Assembly (NCBI RefSeq): GCF_964213995.1
Contig: NC_135811.1
Span: forward strand, 101,928,001-101,992,000
Length of the DNA: 64,000 bases
Direction of reading: 5' to 3'
Source: Mustelus asterias
Taxonomy: Eukaryota
The notes under the pieces were generated by a model. The model searched no databases. It was given only the letters and a program-made list of their open reading frames with translations, and had not been told where the DNA came from. The position numbers and the translations under genes are program-made. Shown one piece after another: positions 53,041 through 63,379 of this stretch. Numbering within the stretch: position 1 is the first letter of the stretch; each line of letters starts with the position of its first letter.

Positions 53041-53124
53041 TTGGAGAGGAACCTGACAAAATGTCTCTGCTCCTCCATGCAGACAACATAGGCACTTGGG
53101 TTTAGCTTTGTTGGTGACATCCTT

Positions 53125-53245
53125 TAAACACTGCACTCTCTCCTTTCCTTCTCTATGTACGGCATGCTTTGTCTATATAGCGCGCAAGAAACAGTACTTT
53201 TCACTGCATACTAATACATGTGACAAATCAAATGAACAAATTCAA
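53125..53245 (+). mobile_element. Rex1/Babar-like 3' tail
   Basis: Reverse complement of 2795-2900. Confidence 0.7.
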
Positions 53246-53968
53246 TTGGTCAGATGTGACTTTCTCTTCAGAAATCTGAGAAAACTCTGATCAACTCAAA
53301 TGTCCAAGTGCTCAGTCAGATCTGTTCCGAATGCCCAGTTCTACTAACTTCCCACAATTGATGCGAGACTGACAGATCTAACCCTATTTTTTTCTTACCC
53401 TCTTTAAATAATGGAGTGGTATTTGTAATTTTCCAATCCAATTATGCAGCCCGGTGCTGTGGTTAAAATAAATTGGTTTGCACAGTAGAAATTGCAAGAT
53501 TGCTAAAGCATCTAGATTAATTATAATTATAGTTGCTGAAGTTAATTTTGTTCCTTTTCAGTGTCAGGTTCCACACCCCATCTACCCCAGGATCCCTACT
53601 CTCATCAGCACTCTTCAAACAACATTGCAAGACATTAAAATGCTGAACGATCATTTCATTTTACCCGATAAGTTTACTCTTTAACTGGAGCTCAATTAAC
53701 TTAGCTCAGCATGTGAGGCTTTCATGAAAGTAAACCTCGCTGTTAATTAAAACAATGGTTGCAAGGATTTCATTCTCTTGCTGTTACTATTATTGGAAGA
53801 ATGAGACAGTGCTGAAAATATTCAGTAGGTCAGGCAACAACTAATGGAGAGAACAAAGGAAGGTGGAACCTCATCAAAACCATTGGAGAATTACTCTCGG
53901 GTAATAAAATTGGGAGGTGGAATGGGGATGGGCTCCTTGATAACTTACAGGTTGTACTTGTTTTACAG

Positions 53969-54064
53969 AACCTGTACCAGTCTAAGTAAATTCTGCTCCA
54001 AGCTAAGAAGCCTAGACCTAGCTTCATGCACATCAATCACAAACCTTTCTTTGAAAGCTCTGAG
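53969..54064 (+). CDS. FBXL20: FBXL20 coding exon: (A)TCTSLSKFCSKLRSLDLASCTSITNLSLKAL(S)
   Basis: ttttacAG acceptor, GTGAGT donor; 96 nt, phase 2 to 2; cysteine-containing LRR. Confidence 0.95.
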
Positions 54065-55151
54065 GTGAGTTCCAGTGATGAAGAATTTCCATCCGATTTG
54101 TTTTGTGTTTGTTTAACTTGTAGTGTGGCTTAAGACCACTTGGTATTTGTGTGTCTGTAACCCTGAATTTGTGCTTGCAATAGGCATTGACTTTTGGTAA
54201 ATTGCCGAATTATTGATGTTCCACTGATTTAAATGTATAATCGTCATGTAAATATTCTAACAATATTTGGACCATGATAAGGACCGGTATGCCTTTGAAA
54301 AGGGACCTATTTTCCGTACGCCAACAGAAAAGCGATGGGCTGGATTGTCTACTGCCCTGCTGTCTGGTGTGAAGGTGACTGAGGCACATGAAATCCAGTG
54401 GGTGGCCTTCCCACTACCTGCTCCCAACTAGCCTGAAATTTTAGGGGGAAGAGGCGAGGAAGGTGTCGTGTGGCCTGGCCACCATTGGACTTATTGAGGC
54501 CCTTAATTGATGGCCACTTGAGGGCAAACCCATTGCCACCGGTATTTAACCCACAATGGGGTGAGGTCCATGCCACGTGGGAAGCCCCCAGCAGCTTTAG
54601 CTGCACTGGCTGATGTTGGGGAAGTGGTGGATGATGGGGTGGTCCCCCCTGGAACTATTGGATGGTAATTGTCCCTTTAAGGGCAACACAACAGAGTAAG
54701 GGTCAATCACCATATGATAGCTTGCAAAATGGAGGTTAGAAAAGAAGAATGAGGCAACAAAATTCTTGTTAGCTTGGTTACTTCAAATTTGGAGCCAACA
54801 TTTATAAGAATTGGAACACTCAGCTAATGTTCCCTTTCTCATAAACGTTGGCTTTTTGTCACCCCTCCCTCCCCGGAGAGTCATTGGTCATGCAAGTCAC
54901 ATGATCTCTAAGGCAACTGCATAGACTTATCACAGTAAGTGACAACTCAAAATGCTTTCATCTGCCCCTCAATTTGATGCCAGTAACTGTTTGCTCTGAC
55001 CCTGGTGACACACTATTGAAATACTGGCATACAGCAGCTTTAAAAAGTGGGATACTGGTTTGTGTTGAGGGTCTGCACACTATCTCTGTCTGCATCACTA
55101 AGTGCTTATTGTAATGCTGTTCTTCAGGGAGGGCGGGGATATTAGAGACAT

Positions 55152-55469
55152 CTAGAATCCCTACAGTGCTGAATGAGGCCATTCGGCCTATCGAGTCTGC
55201 ACCGACAACAATTCCACCCAGGCCCTATCCCCGTAGCCCCACGTTTACCCCGTTAATCCCTCTAACCTACGGATCCCGGGACACTAAGGGGCAACTCCGC
55301 ATGGCCAATCAACTCAACCCACACATCTTTGGATAGTGGGAGGAAACCCATGCAGATATGGGGAGAACGTGCAAACTCTACACAGACACAGTGACCCAAG
55401 CCGGGAATCGAACCCGGGTCCCTGGAGCTGTGAAGCAGCAGTGCTAACCACTGTGCTACCGTGCCGCCC
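55152..55469 (-). mobile_element. HE1-like V-SINE, tail A (possibly chimeric)
   Basis: Young-type head, more diverged 3' half. Confidence 0.9.
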
Positions 55470-55560
55470 ATGTCAGGTTCATGTCACACTATCTGTAAAC
55501 CCCACGACTTGCCTGGGCTTGCAAAATCTCACTAACTGTCCTGGCTGGAGACAATTCACA

Positions 55561-55763
55561 CCGGTTTCCTCCCACAGTCCAAAGGTGTGCGGGTTAGGTT
55601 GATTGGCCATGCTAAAATTGCCCCTTAATGTCCTGGGATGCGTAGATTAGAGGGATTAGCGGGTAAAATATGTAGGGATATGGGGGTCGGGCCTGGGTGG
55701 GATTGTGGTCGGTGCAGACTCGATGGGCCGAATGGCCTCTTTCTGTACTGTAGGGTTTCTATG
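55561..55763 (+). mobile_element. 3' half of a young HE1-like SINE
   Basis: Begins mid-core at CCGGTTTCCTCCC; near-identical to 57336-57540. Confidence 0.9.
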
Positions 55764-58612
55764 AACCCAAGATCCCAGTTGAGGCCGTCCTCATGTGTGT
55801 GGAACTTGGTTATCCGTCTCTGCTCAGCGATTCTGCGTTGTTGTGTGTTGTGAAGGCCGCCTTGGAGAACGCTTACCCGAAGATCAGAGGCTGAATACCC
55901 GTGACTGCTGAAGTGTTCCCCGATTGGAAGGGAACATTCCTGCCTGGTGATTGTTGAACGGTGTTCATTCATTTGTTGTCGTAGTGTCTGCATGGTCTCA
56001 CCAATGTACCATGCCTCGGGACATCCTTTCCTGCAGCGTATCAGGTAGACAATGTTGGCCAAGTTGCAAGAGTATGTACCATGTACCTGGTGGATGGTGT
56101 TCTCACGTGAGATGATGGCATCCGTGTCGATGATCCGGCACGTCTTGCAGAGGTTGCTGTGGCAGGGTTGTGTGATGTCGTGGTCACTGTTCTCCTGAAG
56201 GCTGGATAGTTTGCTGTGGACAATGGTCTGTTTGAGGTTTTACGGTTGTTTGAAGGCAAGAAGTGAGGGTGTGGGGATGGCCTTGGCAAGATGTTCGTCT
56301 TCATCGATGACATGTTGAAGGCTCCGGAGACGATGTCGTAGTATCTCCGCTCCGGGGAAGTACTGGACAACGAAGGGTACTCTGTCCGCCGTGTCCCTGT
56401 TTGTCTTCTGAGGAGATCGGTATGGTTTTTTGCTGTGGCACGTCGGAACTGTCGATCGATGAGTCGAATGCCATCCTGTTCTTATGAGGGCATCTTTCAG
56501 CGTCTGTTGGTGTCTGTTGCGATCCTCCTCATCCGAGCAGATCCTGTGTATACGGAGGGCTTGTCCGTAGGGGATGGCTTCTTTAATGTATTTAGGGTGG
56601 AAGCTGGAGAAGTGGAGCATCGTGAGGTTATCCGTGGTCTTGCGGTAAAGTGAAGTGCTGAGGTGACCGTCCTTAATGGAGATGCGTGTGTCCAAGAATG
56701 CAACCGATTCCGGAGAGTAGTCCATGGTGAGTCTGATGGTGGGATGGAACTTGTTGATGTCATCGTATAGTTGTTTCAATGATTGTTCACAATGAGTCCA
56801 AAGGAAGAAAATGTCATCGATGCATCTAGTGTATAGCATCGGTTGAAGGTCCTGTGCGGTGAAGAGGTCTTGTTCAAACCTGTGCATAAAGATGTTGCCA
56901 TATTGAGGTGCGAATTTGGTCCCCATGGCTGTTCCGTGTGTCTGGATGAAGAACTGGTTGTTGAAGGTGAAGACGTTGTGGTCCAGGATGAAGCGGATGA
57001 GTTGTGGAATTGCATCTGGAGATTGGCAGTTGTCGGCATTGAGTACTGAGGCAGTTGCAGCAATGCCGTCATCGTGGGGGATGCTGGTGTAGAGTGCCGA
57101 GACATCCATTGTGACGAGGAGTGCTCCTGGTTCAACTGCCCCACATATGCTGAGTTTCTGTAGGAAGTCTGTAGGGCGGCACGGTAGCACAGTGGTAAGG
57201 GCGGCACGGTAGCACAGTGGTTAGCACTGCTGCTTCACAGCTCCAGGGACCTGGGTTCGATTCCCGGCTTGGGTCACTGTCTGTGTGGAGTTTGCACATT
57301 CTCCTCGTGTCTGCGTGGGTTTCCTCCGGGTGCTCCGGTTTCCTCCCACAGTCCAAAGATGTGCGGGTTAGGTTGATTGGCCATGCTAAAAATTGCCCCA
57401 TAGTGTCCTCGGATGCGTAGATTAGAGGGATTAGTGGGTAAAATATGTAGGGATATGGGGGTAAGGCCTGGGTGGGATTGTGGTTGGTGCAGACTCGATG
57501 GGCCGAATGGCCTCCTTCTGTACTGTAGGGTTTCTATGATTTCATCATGACAGAAGCTGGGGGTTCTTTGTACAATGGGTATTGATGCCCTTGACGTAGC
57601 CGGAGAGGTTCTCTCGCAGGGTCCCAGTGCCTGATATGATGGGATGGCCGGGTGTGTTGGCCTTGTGTATCTTCAGGAGGCAGTAGAGATCTCCAATGCG
57701 GGGAGCACGTGGGATGAGAGCAAGGAGGGTGCTCTGAAGGTCCGGATCAAAGGCCTTGATCAGTCTGTTGAGTTGATGGGTGTGTTCTTTGGTCGGATCT
57801 GTGGGTAACTGTCTGTAGTGTTCGTCGTTGTTCAGTTGTCGGTACACTTCTTTGCAGTAATCCGTTCTGTTCAGTATGACGGTGGCCCCTCCTTTGTCTG
57901 CTGGTTTGATGACGATGTTGCGGTTGGTCTTGAGAGCGCGGATGGCGCTGCGTTGTGCTTGGATGACGTTCGGGGCTGTCTTGTGAGTGCGGCTAATGAA
58001 TCTGGCATTGACGCACCTCCTGACGGCTTGGGCATACATGTCGAGTCGAGGGCAGCGGCCTTCCGGAGGAGTCCAATTTGACTCTTTCCTCTTCGGTTGC
58101 TGCACCGCGGATCTCTCTGTTGGCTGTTCCGGTTCATTAGCTGTCTCATTGTGTTCGCTGTTGGCCTCTTGGGGTTTGTGGAAGAACTCCCGCAGCCTCA
58201 TTCACCTGATGAATCCCTCTGTGTCCGCTGCGAGACCGATGGGGTCCGTTTTAGTGGTGGTGCAGAAATTGAGCCATCGGCTGAGAACTTCGATTTCGTC
58301 TAGTTGAAGTGTGTAGTCCAACAAGTTGACAATGGACTTCCCTGCAGTGGTACTGTTTTCTATTGTGGTACTGGGGGAGGCTTGGTTGCTGCTGGTGATG
58401 ATGCAGAGTTTCTCAAGTTTCCTGTTCTTGGTGTGCATGTAGATGGCGTAGTTCCGTTGTTTCGTCTGCTTGGCAATATTTCGCAGCTGGTCTGCGTCCT
58501 GAGCGCAACTTGAGAATATGGATTCTCAATTGGTTTCCAGGTTGCAGCGTTTGCTGTCGAGCTGGTGTATGAGGTGGTTGAGGAGGGTGAGAGAGGTGCG
58601 ACGGCAAAGTCT
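55761..58612 (-). mobile_element. Penelope-like retroelement (RT + GIY-YIG endonuclease), frameshifted
   Basis: IVIKPADKGG, MDVSALYTSIP, GTAMGTKFAP, RCIDD (RT); NIVYLIRC...WYIGET...NEHR (GIY-YIG); several frameshifts and a SINE insertion. Confidence 0.95.
57174..57543 (+). mobile_element. Young HE1-like SINE with duplicated 5' end, inside the Penelope ORF
   Basis: AGGGCGGCACGGTAGCACAGTGGT at 57173-57196 and 57198-57221. Confidence 0.95.
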
Positions 58613-58851
58613 CGTCAAAGAAAGCTCTTAGCTGTTAGAAAATAACCAGGCCCAAGATCAAAGCATGACCTGACCTCACCTGACATAAAATGGGACTTCA
58701 TCTTAATTTCTACATTAAATTTCAGTTGGAGAACATTTTTATTTTGATACAATCATGATTTAAGTAGTAAAGCAGTCTTGTCTCACTGGATTGAGGTCTC
58801 ATTGTACCATCCATGGCCAAGGAGAATGCCTTGGTTTCCCTAGAAAGCGAC

Positions 58852-59210
58852 GCAGTGGTTAGCACAGCTGCCTCACAGCGTCAGGGACTTCTTAGTGTGC
58901 TAGATTAATAACCAGAGGCCATGAGACCAAATCCCACTTGTGCAGTTTGACAATCGTTTGGAGTGACCATGAAGCTGTTGATTTGCCATTTTATCCAAAA
59001 TACAAATGTCTCTGGAGGAAGGACACCAGCCATTCTTACCTGGTCTGGCCTACGTGTGATTTCCGCCACACACCAATGTGGTTGATTCTTCAATGCCCTC
59101 TCAGCCCAGCAAGCTACTTAGTTGTATCAAACGACTAAACAAAATAGCAATTCAAGATGGAGGCTACCCATCTAGCAATGAGGAATGGGCAATATATGCT
59201 GGGCTCATCC
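58852..59210 (+). mobile_element. V-SINE head fragment followed by a family C SINE remnant
   Basis: GCAGTGGTTAGCACAGCTGCC head; CCATTCTTACCTGGTCTGGCCTA motif. Confidence 0.6.
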
Positions 59211-59830
59211 AGTGGTTGTATTAACCCGAGGAAATATGTTACAAGTATGTAATGTAATCAAGCACAGGTTTAGAATTTGTACCATTAACTGTAAACAGCC
59301 TTGTGCGTGTTGGTGATAGCAGCAACTAAACTCTCAGATTAGATTAACCGCAGTCTTGAGCACTTTATAATCTTGTGCATTGATTTTATTTGGGATGAAA
59401 TTGCAGCTTCCGATTCTTTCCATAATTGGAAGGTTCCAATTTTTTGAATATCATGATGCTCCCTGGAGATTCTTATCCTCTTTAATATCTTTGATATCAT
59501 CAGGGAGTCATTTGTAGTAGATTAGTGAGGAAACTGTGTCCCTCTATCAGTGCGGCTGTAAAAGGAAGTTTGATTTTTAAAGCCCTGTGACCACAATAAG
59601 AATGATATATTTACATGTCTGAGCCACAAGGGAAATTAAAGTTGCACTTCTCTCTCTTTTATAATGGATTAACAGATCTTTGGCATTGCTCAGTGAGTTA
59701 ATGGTTGCATTGTGTGAGAGGGAGGGGTGCATAGACTGCAGAAAAGATTTCAAAGGAAGTTTGTGACAGATTGCTCACAGTCAAGTGGCTGCAATTTCCC
59801 AGATCCAATCAACGACAGCTTGTATTTATA

Positions 59831-60286
59831 TCATAGAATTCATACAGTGCAGGAGGAGGCCATTTGGCCCATCGGGTCTGCACCGACACAGTCCGACCCA
59901 GGCCCTATTCCTGTAACCCCACATATTTGCCCTGTTAATCCTCTCGACACTAGGGACAATTTAGCATTTAGGATTAGAATTCGTATCATAAACTGTAAAC
60001 AGCCTTGCACATGTCTTTGATAGCGGCAACTAAACTCTTGAGTCGATTAACCGCAATCTTGAGCACTTTGTAATCTAGTGCACTGATTTTATTTGCAACG
60101 AAATTGCAGCTTCTGATTCTTTTGAACCCTAACCTGCACATCTTTGGACTGTGGGAGGAAACTGGAGCACCCGAGCAGACACTGGGAGAATGCGCAAACT
60201 CCACACACTGACCCAAGGCTGGAATTGAACCCAGGTCCCTGGCGGTGTGAGGCAGCAGTACTAACCACTGTGTCACCATGCCACCC
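59831..60286 (-). mobile_element. HE1-like SINE split by a ~155-bp insert
   Basis: Tail 59831-59968 and head/core 60127-60286. Confidence 0.88.
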
Positions 60287-60299
60287 ATTGTGCCTTAAT

Positions 60300-61071
60300 A
60301 TTATTAAACATCCCCAAGGAGCTTCAAAGGGGTAACAAAAATATGACATTAAGCTAAAAACTTTATCAGAGTTGAATTTGAAGAACTGTCTTAAATGAGG
60401 GCGGTGAAACAAGAGGCAAGGCCTCAAATGGTGGAACGATTAAAATTGGGGGGGGGGGGGGGGACACGAGGTCAGAGTACAGATATGAGGGGATTGTGGG
60501 GCTGTAGGAGATTATGGAGATAGCGAAGGCAAGGTCAGGGAGGGTTTGGAAAACTAGAATGAGAATTTTAAACTAAAGATTTTGCTTAGACAGGGAGCCA
60601 TTGTTGGTCAGTGAGCACAGAGATGAGAGGTGAAATGGGATTTGGGTGTGAGTTTAAGACCAGGGCAGCAGATCTTTAGATGTCGCCCAAGTTTACAGAG
60701 GGTAGAAATGGGAGACCCGCCAGGAGTGCATTGGAGTGATCATGTCTCGAGGTAACAAAGGCATGAATGAGGGTTTCAGCAGCAGGCGAACTGAGACAGC
60801 AGTGAAGTCAGGTGATAATGAGATGGAAAAAGGTGATCTTAGTGCAAATATGTGGTTGGAACTCATCTCTGAGTCAACTGTGACACCAAGGTGGCAAGCA
60901 GACTGAATTGCTCTCAGAATGTTGCCTGGGTAGGGATGTGGTCAGCAGTTGGGGAACAGAGTTCTGGGTGTGGACTGAAATCGGTGTATTCGGTCTTCCA
61001 ATATTTATTCGGAGGAAATTTTTGATCATCTAGTATTGGCCGTCAGATTAGCAATCTAATAATTTGGCAAC
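60300..61071 (-). mobile_element. L2 LINE fragment
   Basis: Minus strand AETLIHAFVTSRHDHSNALLAGLP, a typical L2 C-terminal motif. Confidence 0.82.
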
Positions 61072-61271
61072 NNNNNNNNNNNNNNNNNNNNNNNNNNNNN
61101 NNNNNNNNNNNNNNNNNNNNNNNNNNNNNNNNNNNNNNNNNNNNNNNNNNNNNNNNNNNNNNNNNNNNNNNNNNNNNNNNNNNNNNNNNNNNNNNNNNNN
61201 NNNNNNNNNNNNNNNNNNNNNNNNNNNNNNNNNNNNNNNNNNNNNNNNNNNNNNNNNNNNNNNNNNNNNNN
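61072..61271. other. Assembly gap (200 N, probably a placeholder size)
   Basis: Run of exactly 200 N. Confidence 0.99.
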
Positions 61272-61380
61272 CGACCAGAGAATGTGCTCCTGTCTGCATT
61301 CTGCCTGACAGCTCTTTCATTTGTTGTCCGCAACAGCTGCTGTTTATTCTCTCTGTTGCATCTTTTTCCCATTCGCCCAT

Positions 61381-62449
61381 CTTTTTTTTTCTCCTCCCTC
61401 TTTCTCTCTCTCTCTCTCTTCCCCCCTCTCTCTCATTCTCTTGCCCTTCCCCCCTCTCTCTCTCTCCCCTCTTCCTCTTCCCCCCCTCTCTTCCTCTTCC
61501 CCCTCTTCCTCTTCCCCCACTCTCTCTCTCTTCGCGCCCCTCTCTCTCTTCGCGCCCCTCTCTCTCTTCGCGCCCCTCTCTCCTCTTCGCGCCCCTCCCT
61601 CTCTTCGCGCCCCTCTCTCTCTTCGCGCCCCTCTCTCTCTTCGGCCCCCTCTCTCCTCTTCGGCCCCCTCTCTCCTCTTCGGCCCCCTCTCTCCTCTTCG
61701 GCCCCCTCTCTCCTCTTCGGCCCCCTCTCTCCTCTTCGGCCCCCTCTCTCCTCTTCGGCCCCCTCTCTCCTCTTCGGCCCCCTCTCTCCTCTTCGGCCCC
61801 CTCTCTCCTCTTCGGCCCCCTCTCTCCTCTTCGGCCCCCCTCTCCTCTTCGGCCCCCCTCTCCTCTTCGGCCCCCCTCTCCTCTTCGGCCCCCCCTCTCC
61901 TCTTCGGCCCCCCTCTCCTCTTCGGCCCCCCCTCTCCTCTTCGGCCCCCCCTCTCCTCTTCGGCCCCCCCTCTCCTCTTCGCCCCCCCCTCTCCTCTTCG
62001 GCCCCCCCTCTCCTCTTCGGCCCCCCTCTCCTCTTCGGCCCCCCCCTCTCTCCATCTCGGCCCCCCCCTCTCTCCATCTCGGCCCCCCCCTCTCTCCATC
62101 TCGGCCCCCCCCTCTCTCCATCTCGGCCTCCCCCCTCTCTCCATCTCGGCCCCCCCTCTCTCTCCATCTCGGCCCCCCTCTCTCTCCATCTCGGCCCCCC
62201 CCCTCTCTCCATCTCGGCCCCCCCCCTCTCTCCATCTCGGCCCCCCCCCTCTCTCCATCTCGGCCCCCCCCTCTCTCCATCTCGGCCCCCCCCCTCTCTC
62301 CATCTCGGCCCCCCCCCCTCTCTCCATCTCGGCCCCCCCCCTCTCTCCATCTCGGCCCCCCCCCTCTCTCCATCTCGGCCCCCCCCCCTCTCTCCATCTC
62401 GGCCCCCCCCCCCTCTCTCCATCTCGGCCCCCCCCCTTCCCCCTCTCTC
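61381..62449. repeat. Polypyrimidine minisatellite with 18-23 bp units
   Basis: Units CTCTCTCTCTTCGCGCCC, CTCTCTCCTCTTCGGCCCC, CTCTCTCCATCTCGGCCCCCCC. Confidence 0.97.
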
Positions 62450-62617
62450 AGCAAAATGAAGATTTATTTGGCTCACTTTTTCCTGAAGGGTGGATACGTC
62501 AATCACTAAAGAGACACATGTTATTGTAATTGAATTTTAGTTGACACTGATTCTCTTTTGTTAACAATGGCTGAATTGATTTACTATTTTTTTTGTACCT
62601 CTTTGCTACATATGCAG

Positions 62618-62692
62618 CTCGAAGATGAAGCTCTGAAATACATCGGTGCTCACTGTCCTGAGCTCGTCACACTGAACCTACAGACGTGCTCT
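62618..62692 (+). CDS. FBXL20: FBXL20 coding exon: LEDEALKYIGAHCPELVTLNLQTCS
   Basis: tgcAG acceptor, GTAAGT donor; 75 nt, phase 0 to 0; KYIGAHCPELVT matches FBXL20. Confidence 0.95.
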
Positions 62693-62801
62693 GTAAGTAC
62701 ACCTCATGGAAGACAGGAAACAAATTCAACTTTTGCAAGGAAGTTATGATCTACATTATTAACTCTGTGTTTTCTCGGAGAGCAAAATGTGTCTTGTAAA
62801 C

Positions 62802-63059
62802 CAAAGGAGAAAATGCTGGAAAATCTCAGCAGGTCTGGAAGCATCTGTAAGGAGAGAAAGGAGCTGACGTTTCGAGTCCAGACGACCCTTTGTCAAAGCT
62901 GGTCATCTGGGCTCGAAACGTCAACTCTTTTCTCTCCTTATAGATGCTGCCAGACCCGCTGAGATTTTCCAGCATTTTCTCTTTTCTGGTTTCAGATTCC
63001 AGCATCCGCAGTAATTTGCTTTTATCCAGCGTTTAACTCACTGCCCCTTCTCTTCCAGG
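62802..63059. mobile_element. Penelope-type fold-back insertion, family 2
   Basis: About 80-bp arms (62807-62887, 62901-62981); 16-bp TSD AATGT(G/A)TCTTGTAAAC at 62786-62801 and 63060-63075. Confidence 0.88.
62862..62900 (-). ncRNA. Putative minimal hammerhead ribozyme, U3-A8 variant
   Basis: AGCT-TTGACAA-A-GGGTC-gtctg-GACTC-GAAA-CG-TC-AGCT; GUC cleavage triplet. Confidence 0.6.
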
Positions 63060-63379
63060 AATGTATCTTGTAAACTTCTCTTTCAAAGAAGGCTACCTAG
63101 AAGCAGTGTTTTACTTTTGCTTAAAAATGTTGCATTTTGTCAACTATTAGTCAGATTTCTAATTTCAAATATTCTTTGTGGAATGTTCATACCCAAACTT
63201 AAAATATTTTAACATATGATTTGGATCTGTTTTAACCCTTTAATAACAGTCATGCTGTTAAGTGAGATTAGTGAGACTATCCTTGACATAAATGTCGGAT
63301 TTGACATGAGTCTAACAAAATTAGAGTCATGGGGAATTGAGGCGTCATACCCAATAGAAAGCAAGATGGAGGCCAATAA

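Noticed and set aside
54335-54690. GC-richer stretch resembling a non-autonomous DNA element
   Set aside because: Could not define terminal repeats or a TSD by eye.
57174-57270. tRNA genes at SINE heads
   Set aside because: A and B boxes are present but run directly into SINE core and tail; no complete cloverleaf supported.
55761-58612. Active or domesticated Penelope gene
   Set aside because: Multiple frameshifts, a SINE insertion and a displaced C-terminus.
3288-60427. Recurrent short ORFs such as VVSTAASQ...SLHVLPVS and DCGRKPEHPEETH
   Set aside because: Translations of SINE copies, not a protein family.
61520-62430. CRISPR-like array
   Set aside because: No unique spacers, eukaryotic context and no cas genes.
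62455-62509. AHFFLKGGY as a remnant of the missing exon (LFLKGCTQ)
   Set aside because: Only four matching residues, no upstream similarity and no suitable splice sites.
61043-62529. Long 327-481 aa ORFs in several frames
   Set aside because: Low-complexity translations of a stop-free minisatellite and the N gap.
17933-62692. Assignment to the paralogue FBXL2
   Set aside because: DVVT, QVSR, FDFQRDIE and KYIGAHCPELVT match FBXL20 as recalled.
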